Part shown: positions 50,101 to 61,430 of the stretch, in pieces
Position numbering within the stretch: the first letter of the stretch is position 1
Layout of the letters: every line of letters starts with the position of its first letter
Source of the DNA: Antedon mediterranea
Taxonomy: Eukaryota > Animalia > Echinodermata
NCBI RefSeq assembly: GCF_964355755.1
Contig: NC_092678.1
Coordinates: 22,523,365 to 22,587,364, forward strand
Reading direction: 5' to 3'
DNA: 64,000 nucleotides
Notes under the pieces: generated by a model
What the model saw: the letters and a program-made list of their open reading frames with translations, nothing else
The model's database searches: none
Told to the model about the DNA's origin: nothing
Position numbers and translations under genes: made by a program

Positions 50101-50305
50101 TAAAATTATTTCATTTAATCTAAGCGTTGCAAAGATATGATCATTTTGTTTTCAATGGGTCAAAACATTCAAATTGAGGTCAGAGGTCAAAGATGAATTT
50201 TAGAAATTTGACAACATGGGTTTTTATAACCAGCATGATTCAAATATTCATAAAACACAATGTTTACACTTTCCCCATGATCTGCACACGAAAATACATA
50301 GGGAT
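47149..50305. mobile_element. Foldback (long palindromic) element centred near 48305
   Basis: 47149-48030 is a near-identical reverse complement of 48590-50305 once the 48996-49843 insertion is removed; the inner part is a more diverged palindrome. Confidence 0.85.
48996..49843. mobile_element. Tc1/mariner (pogo-like) non-autonomous element
   Basis: TA|CCGTATATTTCGGTGTATAAGTCGCAC...GTGCGACTTATACACCGAAATATACGG|TA; the opposite foldback arm shows the empty site. Confidence 0.92.
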
Positions 50306-52204
50306 ATGGACTATATAAAAATAAATAAATGTGTTGATGAAAAAGTTGCTGAAACAAAATTAGCTGCTGCATGGATAGGCAGTTTGCTGCAGCACGTCGC
50401 TGAGGATATGCCCTACATATATTGCATTTTTCTTGAGGTATTGCTTGTACCATTTGTTCGTGGGTAATTGTTTTCCACTGTAATTTCGCGTCAAGTGGCG
50501 TTACTTTTGTGTTTGTAACTCCCGCAAACCGTCATATAAATCTGATTACAGTATTTCTTCGTATCGTGTGTGTGATGAAAGAGGAACGTGACAGCAGCAA
50601 AGATTGACTGTTGCCGTGTGTTTCGAGGAACGGGTGATGACGGGGGATGATGTAGCCCTGGGCCTAGCCTAGGCCTACTAGTACTAGGCCTAGTACTATA
50701 GAGGAAGGCTTGGGTGGGCAGGACTTAACGTCGAAGAAACCTAGTCTAGGCGGATCGTTTAGGCTAGGCTATCTTTTCAATTCATTCATGGTAGTTTTTA
50801 ACTGTTGTAGCCTAGAGGCTAGGCCTGATTAATTATGTTAAGCCTAGCCTAGGCTTGCTATATCTATCTATATAGAATAGGGCCTAGCCTAAGGCCTAGC
50901 TACGCCTATACTATAGTGTAGCCCTACTAGCTAGTAGTAGAAATAGAAGAGTGTAGCAGTTAGTAAGCCTAGATAGTAAAGTAGGCCTAGGCTAGTAGTA
51001 GTAGCAGGTAGCCTACTATAGTACTATACTACTACTAGGCGGGATGAAGCAAGCAAGCAAGTAAATGCTAGCTAACAATAAACATTCAATTATTATTAAT
51101 CAATGTTATACATGTACATTTTAATTTATAGATACATTTTTACAATTTAATGTAAAAAACAGTAAAAATACTAATTACTAAAAAGTTTAACAATATTAAT
51201 ATTTATTTTAACTTGTTTCTTGAAAGAAAAATGTATAGGGCCTATAAAGTTAAATTTTAATATTAATGTACTAGATACTATATCCTTTTATATCATAGAT
51301 TAATGTGACCACTGTAGCATCTCTTTTACTGTAAATTAGTGTTATAACTACCTACTACTAGACCTATAAAATAGATTGTGAAGTAATTATTGGTCGTGTT
51401 GTATTTAAAAAAAAAAAAAAAATTAATTATGGTATAATTAATATTCATATCATCATACTCGTCAGAACAAGTGCATAGGTGTGTTATTTGTATACATGTT
51501 GCAGACTTCTATATAGAATATTTTATTTTATGATTTTTTTTCTTTTTACCATAGGGTAATAAAAATCTGCTGTACCAAAACACTTTCCTGACCTTGATTG
51601 GACTTGCAGTTGATAATGCCGTAAGGACTTGTGATTTTACCCAAGAAATTTAAATGCATTTTCAGGTAAATGGATTTATAATATTAAAATGTCCTACAAT
51701 AAAACCTGGTGAATAAGAATGTTTAGTTTTATTTATATGATATTAAGAGAAACTGTTATGTGGCTGATATAATACTTTTGTTTTTTGGTGCATCAATCTA
51801 GTTCCTGGTTGACATTTAATATTTGTTTGTTCTTTTTAGAGTGTATGGTAGCTGAATTATTTTGTCTTGCATAGCTTGTTGGCTCCTAAACAAACTTCAG
51901 CATCTGTTGAAAACAAATTTGCAATGATATAAAATATCAAGGTGCAAGATGTTATATATTTGTCTGTTACTCTACAGTATTATTTAATCGGGTCAATTTA
52001 TGTACAGTATCTTTTATTCACATATTATAAATATTAATATAACACACTATCAAGGAAAAATTATTATTATATATATTTTGGTTCCATGTGATGAACACTA
52101 ATAAAATCTAGCATATTTGAGCAATTGAATGCTGTTTAATTAAACTGTTTAATTAAACTGTTTAATTAAACAGCATTCAATTGCATAATTGCATTCAATT
52201 GCGT

Positions 52205-54775
52205 AATTGCATTCAATTACGTAATTTCTGTGATTTTCCATGAGAGCGTGTTTTTTAATTAAACAGAATTTAATTGCTTAAATAGACTTGATTTTTTCTT
52301 GTTTGAGTTTACTTTAGTTTCATGTGATGAACACTAATAATTTCATTCAATAAAAATAAATTTAAAGGTACAGTTACGTAATTTCTGTGATTTTTCTTGA
52401 GAGCGTGTTTTTTAATTAAACAGCATTCAATTGCTTAAATAGACCTGATTTTTTCTTGTTTGAGCTTAATTTAGTTCCATTTGATGAACACTAATAATTT
52501 CATTCAATAAAAATAAATTTAAAGGTACAGTTACGTAATTTCTGTGATTTTTCTTGAGAGCGTGTTTTTTAATTAAACAGCATTCAATTGCTTAAATAGA
52601 CCTGATTTTTTCTTGTTTGAGTTTACTTTAGTTCCATGTGATGAACACTAATAATTTCATTCAATAAAAATAAATTTAAAGGTACAGTTACGTAGTTTCT
52701 GTGATTTTTCTTGAGAGCGTGTTTTTTAATTAAACAGCATTCAATTGCTTAAATAGACCTGATTTTCTCTTGTTTGAGTTTACTTTAGTTCCATGTGATG
52801 AACACTAATAATTTCATTCAATAAAAATAAATTTAAAGGTACAGTTACGTAATTTCTGTGATTTTTCTTGAGAGCGTTTTTTTTAATTAAACAGCATTCA
52901 ATTGCTTAAATAGACCTGATTTTTTCTTGTTTGAGTTTACTTTAGTTCCATGTGATGAACACTAATAATTTCATTCAATAAAAATAAATTTAAAGGTACA
53001 GTTACGTAGTTTCTGTGATTTTTCTTGAGAGCGTGTTTTTTAATTAAACAGCATTCAATTGCTTAAATAGACCTGATTTTCTCTTGTTTGAGTTTACTTT
53101 AGTTCCATGTGATGAACACTAATAATTTCATTCAATAAAAATAAATTTAAAGGTACAGTTACGTAATTTCTGTGATTTTTCTTGAGAGCGTGTTTTTTAA
53201 TTAAACAGCATTCAATTGCTTAAATAGACCTGATTTTTTCTTGTTTGAGTTTAATTTAGTTCCATGTGATGAACACTAATAATTTCATTCACTAAAAATA
53301 AATTTAAAGGTACAGTTACGTAGTTTCGGTGATTTTTCTTGAGAGCGTGTTTTTTAATTAAACAGCATTCGATTGCTTAAATAGACCTGATTTTTTCTTG
53401 TTTAGCTTAATTTAATTCCATTTGATGAACACTAATAATTTCATTCAATAAAAATAAATTTAAAGGTACAGTTACGTAATTTCTGTGATTTTTCTTGAGA
53501 GCGTGTTTTTTAATTAAACAGCATTCAATTGCTTAAATAGACCTAATTTTTTCTTGTTTGAGTTTACTTTAGTTCCATGTGATGAACACTAATAATTTCA
53601 TTCAATAAAAATAAATTTAAAGGTACAGTTACGTAGTTTCTGTGATTTTTCTTGAGAGCGTGTTTTTTAATTAAACAGCATTCAATTGCTTAAATAGACC
53701 TGATTTTCTCTTGTTTGAGTTTAGTTTAGTTCCATGTGATGAACACTAATAATTTCATTCAATAAAAATAAATTTAAAGGTACAGTTACGTAATTTCTGT
53801 GATTTTTCTTGAGAGCATGTTTTTTAATTAAACAGCATTCAATTGCTTAAATAGACCTGATTTTTTCTTGTTTGAGTTTAATTTAGTTCCATGTGATGAA
53901 CACTAATAATTTCATTCACTAAAAATAAATTTAAAGGTACAGTTACGGAGTTTCTGTGATTTTTCTTGAGAGCGTGTTTTTTAATTAAACAGCATTCGAT
54001 TGCTTAAATAGACCTGATTTTTTCTTGTTTGAGTTTACTTTAGTTCCATGTGATGAACACTAATAATTTCATTCAATAAAAATAAATTTAAAGGTACAGT
54101 TACGTAATTTCTGTGATTTTTCTTGAGAGCGTGTTTTTTAATTAAACAGCATTCAATTGCTTAAATAGACCTGATTTTTTCTTGTTTGAGTTTACTTTAG
54201 TTCCATGTGATGAACACTAATAATTTCATTCAATAAAAATAAATTTAAAGGTACAGTTACGTAATTTCTGTGATTTTTCTTGAGAGCGTGTTTTTTAATT
54301 AAACAGCATTCAATTGCTTAAATAGACCTGATTTTTTCTTGTTTGAGTTTACTTTAGTTCCATGTGATGAACACTAATAATTTCATTCAATAAAAATAAA
54401 TTTAAAGGTACAGTTACGTAGTTTCTGTTATTTTTCTTGAGAGCGTGTTTTTTAATTAAACAGCATTCGATTGCTTAAATAGACCTGATGTTTTCTTGTT
54501 TGAGTTTACTTTAGTTCCATGTGATGAACACTAATAATTTCATTCAATAAAAATAAATTTAAAGGATACAGTTACGTAATTTCTGTGATTTTTCTTGAGA
54601 GCGTGTTTTTTAATTAAACAGCATTCGATTGCTTAAATAGACCTGATTTTTTCTTGTTTGAGTTTAATTTAGTTCCATGTGATGAACATTAATAATTTCA
54701 TTCAATAAAAATAAATTTAAAGGTACAGTTACGTAGTTTCTGTGATTTTTCTTGAGAGCGTGTTTTTTAGTTAAA
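52205..54775. repeat. 157-bp satellite, ~16 highly similar copies
   Basis: GTTCCATGTGATGAACAC recurs at 52631, 52788, 52945, 53102 and so on (period 157). Confidence 0.97.
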
Positions 54776-54968
54776 TAACATTCAATTCAAATCTCCATTT
54801 TGTAACCACCATGAGTTCGGGTCCATTTAAACAAGCTGGGCAAGCTGTAAATTGTATTAATCCACTATGTATGCATATTGTTTGTATTATTCAATAATTT
54901 TGTAATGAATCGATACCATTAATTACAACAAACAAGTGGTAGGGCTACTTAAAATTATTTATGTGGTC

Positions 54969-55645
54969 CATAGTTACCAACCCTCTCGCATCGTTTGGGC
55001 CGGTCTCGCATTTCAAGTGATTTTTAATGAAACACGCGTTTAAACCTAAGTAGGCCTATATACGATGCGTTATCATTTTTAACACAATTTGAGAGGAAAA
55101 TGCATTTAAATTAATTGGTATATTTTAAAAGTATAGAACATTATACGAGTAGGCCTATTTATATTATTACACCACGCATCAATAAAATACGTAATATCAG
55201 GGAAAGTTACAATTAATGTGTCCGTGGTCGCTCGCCGTGACGAGGATGGGCCTATAACCATGGCGTTTGTCATGATCGCAATTACACATGACATGATTTT
55301 GTGTGCGTTTATAAAAGGAAACCCAATTTTCTTGCTATTGGTTGGTGGATCAGTTCAATTTTTACCCTCCAAAAAATGTTTTTTAATAAAATAAATTCAT
55401 GAATCCGCATGAAAAACGTTGAATTATAGATTAACAAAAAAAGAGTAATATACAATCTAATAATATTTGCTTCGTTTACCGTACCGGAATACAAGAGGTG
55501 CCATTCATCATGAATTTTACGTGCGAGAGTAATATTTCCGGCCATAGGAGTGCCAGTGAACTAAATTTGTTTCCATCGCAAGTCGCCACGAGGGGGTGGG
55601 GCCTGTAAATACGTATGTGTCCGATCACGCAGGTTGGTAAGTATG
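54969..55645. mobile_element. Non-autonomous DNA transposon (hAT-like) with 14-bp TIR and 6-bp TSD
   Basis: GTGGTC|CATAGTTACCAACC...GGTTGGTAAGTATG|GTGGTC. Confidence 0.75.
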
Positions 55646-57036
55646 GTGGTCATCGTTAAATTGGTTGTTTAAACAACAATTAAATACTTTTAAGTATTTA
55701 ATTGTATGTATTAAAATAAGTACAACAAAACAAACTCGCTCTAAAAATAACAAAAATTGCATATTTAACTTGGGACTTTGCAGTAAAAAGAGCATGTTAA
55801 AAAGATGAATCTGTCATTGAGTAAGATGAAACTTAAATTGAATTAAAACCGATTTTCTTAATAATCATACTTAGAGATGCAAATCATCAAAATAATATTT
55901 ATATGAAATTTAAACACTTTTATAGCCTATGCATGTACGCCTGTGCCATGTTATGCTTTAAAAAAATTATCCAGTATAGTATGACCCGTGCCGGGTATTT
56001 TCTTTTTGATACCGTCGATGGAAAATTGCCTTGATCATTTCGAATTTATATCTCCATATTTTGACCTCGTGTTATTTCTTGTATACGTACGGCAATTGAA
56101 ATAAAACCTTAAATCATACTACAAAAATACACCGTAAAAGTAGAAATGTGAAAGAAAACACGAGAGAGAAAAAAAACAAACTTTACAGTAGGTTTCTACA
56201 ATATACAGCAAATAGTATCTTTGAATACAGTTAAAAATCCACGGAATAAAATATATAGAGGGCAGCAATCAGGAAATCGTTTGTATATACCTGCAGTTTT
56301 TCAATATTTATTATAAATTTGACTGCAATTACCCACAGTAAAATGGAATAGCCCGTGCTATTCTTTAACAGGCAATACCTCAAGACAAATACAATATATG
56401 TATGCCTCACTCTCAGCGACGTGCTGCAGCAAACCGCAATTGGCTGCATGCAGCAACATACTACTACGTCATCAAAGGACCGTCTTTGATCATCGGTTGA
56501 GGGCGCTGTTTATAAAAATTATGGAAGAAGTATGTGTTGTTTTGTGCGTTTTATTTGTTGATAAATCCAGTTAAAATACTCAAAAACTACACCTAGTTGA
56601 TAGAAAAAAACACCGTGACAAAAATGTAAGTATTACATTGAGCTTTAGTTACTAGGCCTCCCTAGGTAAACTTAAATGGTACGGACACAGCACAGATAGG
56701 CCTACTAAGGCTAGTCTAGTAGGCTAGGAGAGGCAGCTAGCTAGGCTAGGCTTCTCTCTAGACTTCTGGAGAGACTGAGGTAGGCCTATTAGGCCTAGCT
56801 AGTAGTACTGGCCTTTGCACGCTACTGTACTATCGCACCTAACTGGCTATAAGACCTCACGGCCACTCGCCATATTGAGTATGCTAGAGAGAGGTACAAA
56901 AGTACAGCAGTAGGCCTAGAGTATTATTTATTATTAAGTCTACTGTTTGTTTGTTTCAATTCATTATTAATTATTATTATTAATAATTATTATTATATTA
57001 TTTTTATGACTTATAGACCAAAAATACAAAAGAAAT

Positions 57037-59804
57037 ATGTCGTTGTATGATGGCTTAGGTGTGGAACTGGGTGCGAAAGAAGAAAAAACCAATGATGGTA
57101 AAAAGTCAGATGTTTGTAAGTTTTTCCTTTTGTGTTCATAAACTGTGGTGTTTGCAATCATTAAGTATATATCAATACCTAATAATAGCATTATTACATT
57201 CCTTTTCCTCATCTAAATTGGGAATGTTTTTACAATTATAGCCGGATGGTCAGCTGGTATCCGAATGATGCAATCACAATTACGGTTAAAGAAAGCAGCT
57301 TTGACCGAGGCCCAAAGGAAGATGAGATCGGCAACATTAGCTCCTGTAGTTGACCTGAAAGGTCAAAGTATCGGATCGGAGGAAGGCACATTACCGTCAC
57401 CACCAGTAGCACCGTCTTTCACACCTTTAAAGGTATTTGATTCTTAAGATATGTTGTTCTACAAATTTTACTGTGAACCCTTTCCAGTTAAACATAATAC
57501 ATCACCCTTACATTATCATTAGGAGAAGACAAAACACTTATACAATTATTGTTAATTGTCCCTTGTCACCAAAGGCCTACCTAACAAGCTTTCATTTTTT
57601 TTTAGCACACACAGCCAATGTTTACAAGTGATAGGAATGACAGTATGGGTAGTGATATTTCAAGCGAGTATGACCCTGCTTATCCCAATGAATACGAGAA
57701 AGCAGTTAAGAAAATGAGAGAGAAACGACAGAAAGAACGACAATTGGAAAGAGAAAGGGAAAACGAAGAAAGGTACGTAGATAAAAAACATTTTTGGGCT
57801 AGCAAATTTTGTTCCTGGTTGGCTAGTAAAAAGTTGGCATAATCAAGGTCATTTACCAACACGCACTTATTTTAATTTTAGGAGGAAACGGCGGGAACGA
57901 GATAGAGAGCGTGACCGGGATCGTGATCGTAGAGATCGAGAAAGGCGTGACCGTTCACCGCAAGGATTCTCGAGAAGACCAGTTGACAGCGATGAAGAAG
58001 ATGACGAAGATCGTGAAAAACAAAAGAGAAGAGGTAATGAGATTTTATTAATTTTGGTTGGTGGATGATTTTGGTGAAATTGTAAGGATTGAGCTACGTA
58101 TTGAATGTGAATATATATTTGGCTACCACCTAAAATTGCCAAAACCAACCACTTTTGTATTGTATCTGTAAGTAAAAACGCTGGTGTACTAGCACATATC
58201 CACTGTTACACACAGACACTTATCATAACTCATCAAGAGGGCCCATTGATTGTCAGCATACGCTGTTTAGGATCACCCTCTATAAATACATTTTTTTAAA
58301 GTTAAAAAAAAACTGATGCAACATGGATAGAGGATTTTACACATAATATTTTCTTTGATATATGTAATGTTAGATAATTTAATGAATTCTAATGTTTTTC
58401 TTAGGTGCTGGTGCCTGTGCTATGATTGCTCCACCCTCATGCTTGATAAACGACGAAGACAAAGAGGAAGAAAGTGAGTTTTATAACACAATAATTCTGA
58501 TATATGCCCACCCTGGAGTATATTAAGCCAAGACACTGCTAAATAAACTGCACTTGAGAACATATTGTTTGTGACAAGCAAATTACCTTTCAATAGAGGA
58601 CCCTTAATAGGAATAATTTCCCCTTGTTCGTTTCACAGGAAAGTGTATCCTATTAGGTGTTCCAAGGGAGGGATTCAACTGTATGGATATGCATCTGTTT
58701 GTAGAATAATTAAAATCTATGCTTTAAAATACAATTAATTATGAATTTCATGACATCTGTTTTCTAGTGCTTCCGCCACCACAGATGTTGCCGCCACCAT
58801 CATCTCGGCCGAAAAACTTTGGGGACATCATAAAGAAAAATAAGGCAGCCGCAAATCAAGAAGATATCCATCCAGAAAGGTCAACAACCCCGCCCCCAGG
58901 CAGCGATTTTGATGATCAAGAAATATTAATGGCAACACAAGCCGCAAAACAGCAAAATTTTCAAGCTCCAGTTGGCTTAGGGTAAGAATAGATAGATAAA
59001 AACAAAAAGGGTAATAACTAATTCTTTTGACCATCCCTGGAGGAAATAGATATGGCCCTGGAGCTTCTGGGCATTTTTCAGAATTATAGACATGAGTTTC
59101 ATGCCTTCCATGTAAGTTCTTGATATCATTAGATTGTCTTGTAATCAACTTCAAAATCAACACTTTATTAGTACAGTAAATGTTTGTTATTTTCAGAGCT
59201 GCATCAGTGGCTGCTAAGATTATGGCCAAATATGGCTTTAAAGAAGGCAAAGGCTTAGGAAAATCAGAGCAGGGAATAAGCACGGCATTATCCGTGGAAA
59301 AGACGAGTAAACGAGGTGGGAAGATTATTGACGCATCCAAATCAGGTAAGAGAAATTAGTTACAAATTCTGCATTACAGTAGAATCTTCATTTTATGTAC
59401 GAAACTTGACCGAAAGATGTGCGATGTTTAAATAAATTGTTTGCCACTGTAGGGGGAATGCATGTGTGTGTCTTGTCTCACAGACCCATGGCTTTGTGGT
59501 TTGTTGTTAAATTGCGCCCTCAATGTAAAAAATAACACTATTTATGTAAAAAATTACTGAAAATGATAACGTCATCGATCATTTTATGCGTACGTAAAAT
59601 CCAGGTTTTACTGTACTTTCAAGTAAAACTTGAAAAATGTAGTATGTAGTATTATAAATATAATATTGCATTTTCAATATTATTACAATGATTTATTATT
59701 TTGCAGATCCGCTGCCTCAATTTCCGCTACCAAATATTCCACGGCAACAGACCACAAATGTGCCGACATTGTTAAAAAATCCAACAAAAATTGTATTACT
59801 TGCG
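57037..59804 (+). CDS. RBM17: Splicing factor 45 (RBM17), partial; UHM exons lie beyond the window after the LINE
   Basis: Exons 57037-57115 (MSLYDGLGVE), 57242-57432, 57606-57772 (EYDPAYPNEYEK), 57882-58033, 58405-58473 (AMIAPPS), 58768-58981, 59197-59345 (G-patch KIMAKYGFKEGKGLGKSEQG), 59707-59804 (LKNPTKIVLL, start of UHM). A probable non-coding first exon ends at 56625 (aaat|gtaagt). Confidence 0.93.
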
Positions 59805-60001
59805 GTAAGTTAAGAATTCAAATCTTGTACATAGAACATACAAAATATTTGGTGTAAGTTTTATACTATGTTATATAACATTTAAATATTTTCCCGTCAT
59901 TTGATTGGACGATTGTGAGTCAAATGGTGTGCAATAGTATGCACTATTTAACGATCATTACAATTTATTTTCTTCTATTTATTCACCTCATGACATTATT
60001 T

Positions 60002-60112
60002 TACCATTCCACTCATAAACATTCATTATTTGTACCATTCCACTCATAAACATTCATTATTTGTACCATTCCACTCATAAACATTCATTATTTGTACCAT
60101 TCCACTCATAAA
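60002..60112. repeat. 31-bp tandem repeat (~3.5 copies) just upstream of the LINE 5' end
   Basis: TACCATTCCACTCATAAACATTCATTATTTG. Confidence 0.9.
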
Positions 60113-60275
60113 TGACCTGACCTGCAATGCGTTAACAAGCGAATTTCTCTCTCTCTGTGAACAGTCTTAAAATACAGTTAAAAAACATCGTCAATTGTTG
60201 ATTACATCAGTGAAAACCTATAGGTAATTAATATTTACTTACCGTTAAACAACATACTTACGCTGATTGATCGAA

Positions 60276-61055
60276 ATGCCGAGAAAAGACAAACAAAATG
60301 TGAAAGATAACGCTAGCCCACCTGGTTGCGAAGGTAAACAAACAGAATCACAGGATCCCGAATCACATGATGTCGACGGGCGCCAAATACAAACAATGCA
60401 TGAGAAGCTTGACGCTATACTAGCAAACCAAGTTACCATCTTGGCGAGATTAGACAAGGTTGAAAGTCGACTTACCAATGTTGAATCGATCCAGAAAACT
60501 ATGGAGGCATCCATCTTATTTGCCCAAGAATTAAGTGATCAAAACAAGAAGGATATTGAGAAACTTACCGAAGAAAATGAAACGCTGTCATCCACTGTTG
60601 AAGGATACCAAGGCTCGTTAACAACGATTAAACAAGAAATTGTACAACTTGAAAGGTATTCAAGAAGTTTTAACTTACGGTTTGGTGGAATCGAAGAAAA
60701 TAATGAAGAAGATCCTTTTACGGTCCTGAAACATTTTATTGAAGACAAGCTGAATATTCATAATAAAGTGAACATCGAGAATGCACATCGTACTGGACGT
60801 AAAATGCAGAACGGTAAGCCTCGGCAAATTATTGCCAAATTTTTATATAGGCCTCAAAAATATAAAGTACTAAAATCGGCAAAACAACTGTTGAGACGGG
60901 ATCACACCTATTTCGTAACAGAAGACTTACCTTGGGCGGACGTTCAAGAGAAGAGAAGGTTGAGAGACGTGATGACTAAGGCATACAACGAAGGGAGGAA
61001 ACCGGTATTTAGAAATGGAAAATTATACATAAATGGCATGATACACAAACAATGA
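60276..61055 (+). CDS. LINE ORF1 protein (coiled coil plus L1-type RRM)
   Basis: Heptad-like region followed by RSFNLRFGGIEE, IENAHRTGR, RQIIAKF, VTEDLP. Confidence 0.88.
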   Translation: MPRKDKQNVKDNASPPGCEGKQTESQDPESHDVDGRQIQTMHEKLDAILANQVTILARLDKVESRLTNVESIQKTMEASILFAQELSDQNKKDIEKLTEENETLSSTVEGYQGSLTTIKQEIVQLERYSRSFNLRFGGIEENNEEDPFTVLKHFIEDKLNIHNKVNIENAHRTGRKMQNGKPRQIIAKFLYRPQKYKVLKSAKQLLRRDHTYFVTEDLPWADVQEKRRLRDVMTKAYNEGRKPVFRNGKLYINGMIHKQ

Positions 61056-61430
61056 CTTCTCTGATATAATGTCATAGTTGTCTACTAGTAATTTTAGTTA
61101 AGATTATGGGACAGATTATGGGACAGATCATGGTACCTCCACTGTATTTATACCAAACCACACAGGTACTCACAACAAATTACATGCCTTAATAATCATA
61201 TCCTCGTTAATAATATGTGTATATACAATATATGAGTGTTTGTATATGTATGTATGTATGTATATGTATCTTTACGGGTTACGTACGTATGTATGTATGT
61301 ATGTATTATGTTTATACTTACCTCTTATTACCTTGTACTTACCGTTTAACTTGTCTTTTCGAGACTAAATACATCACAGAGAAGGTTATTCACTATACAA
61401 TTATATAGAGTAGGAATAATCATCTAAGTT

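Noticed and set aside
52205-54775. Tandem C/D snoRNA cluster
   Set aside because: GTGATGA and CTGA are present but there is no terminal stem or recognisable guide, and whole units are nearly identical.
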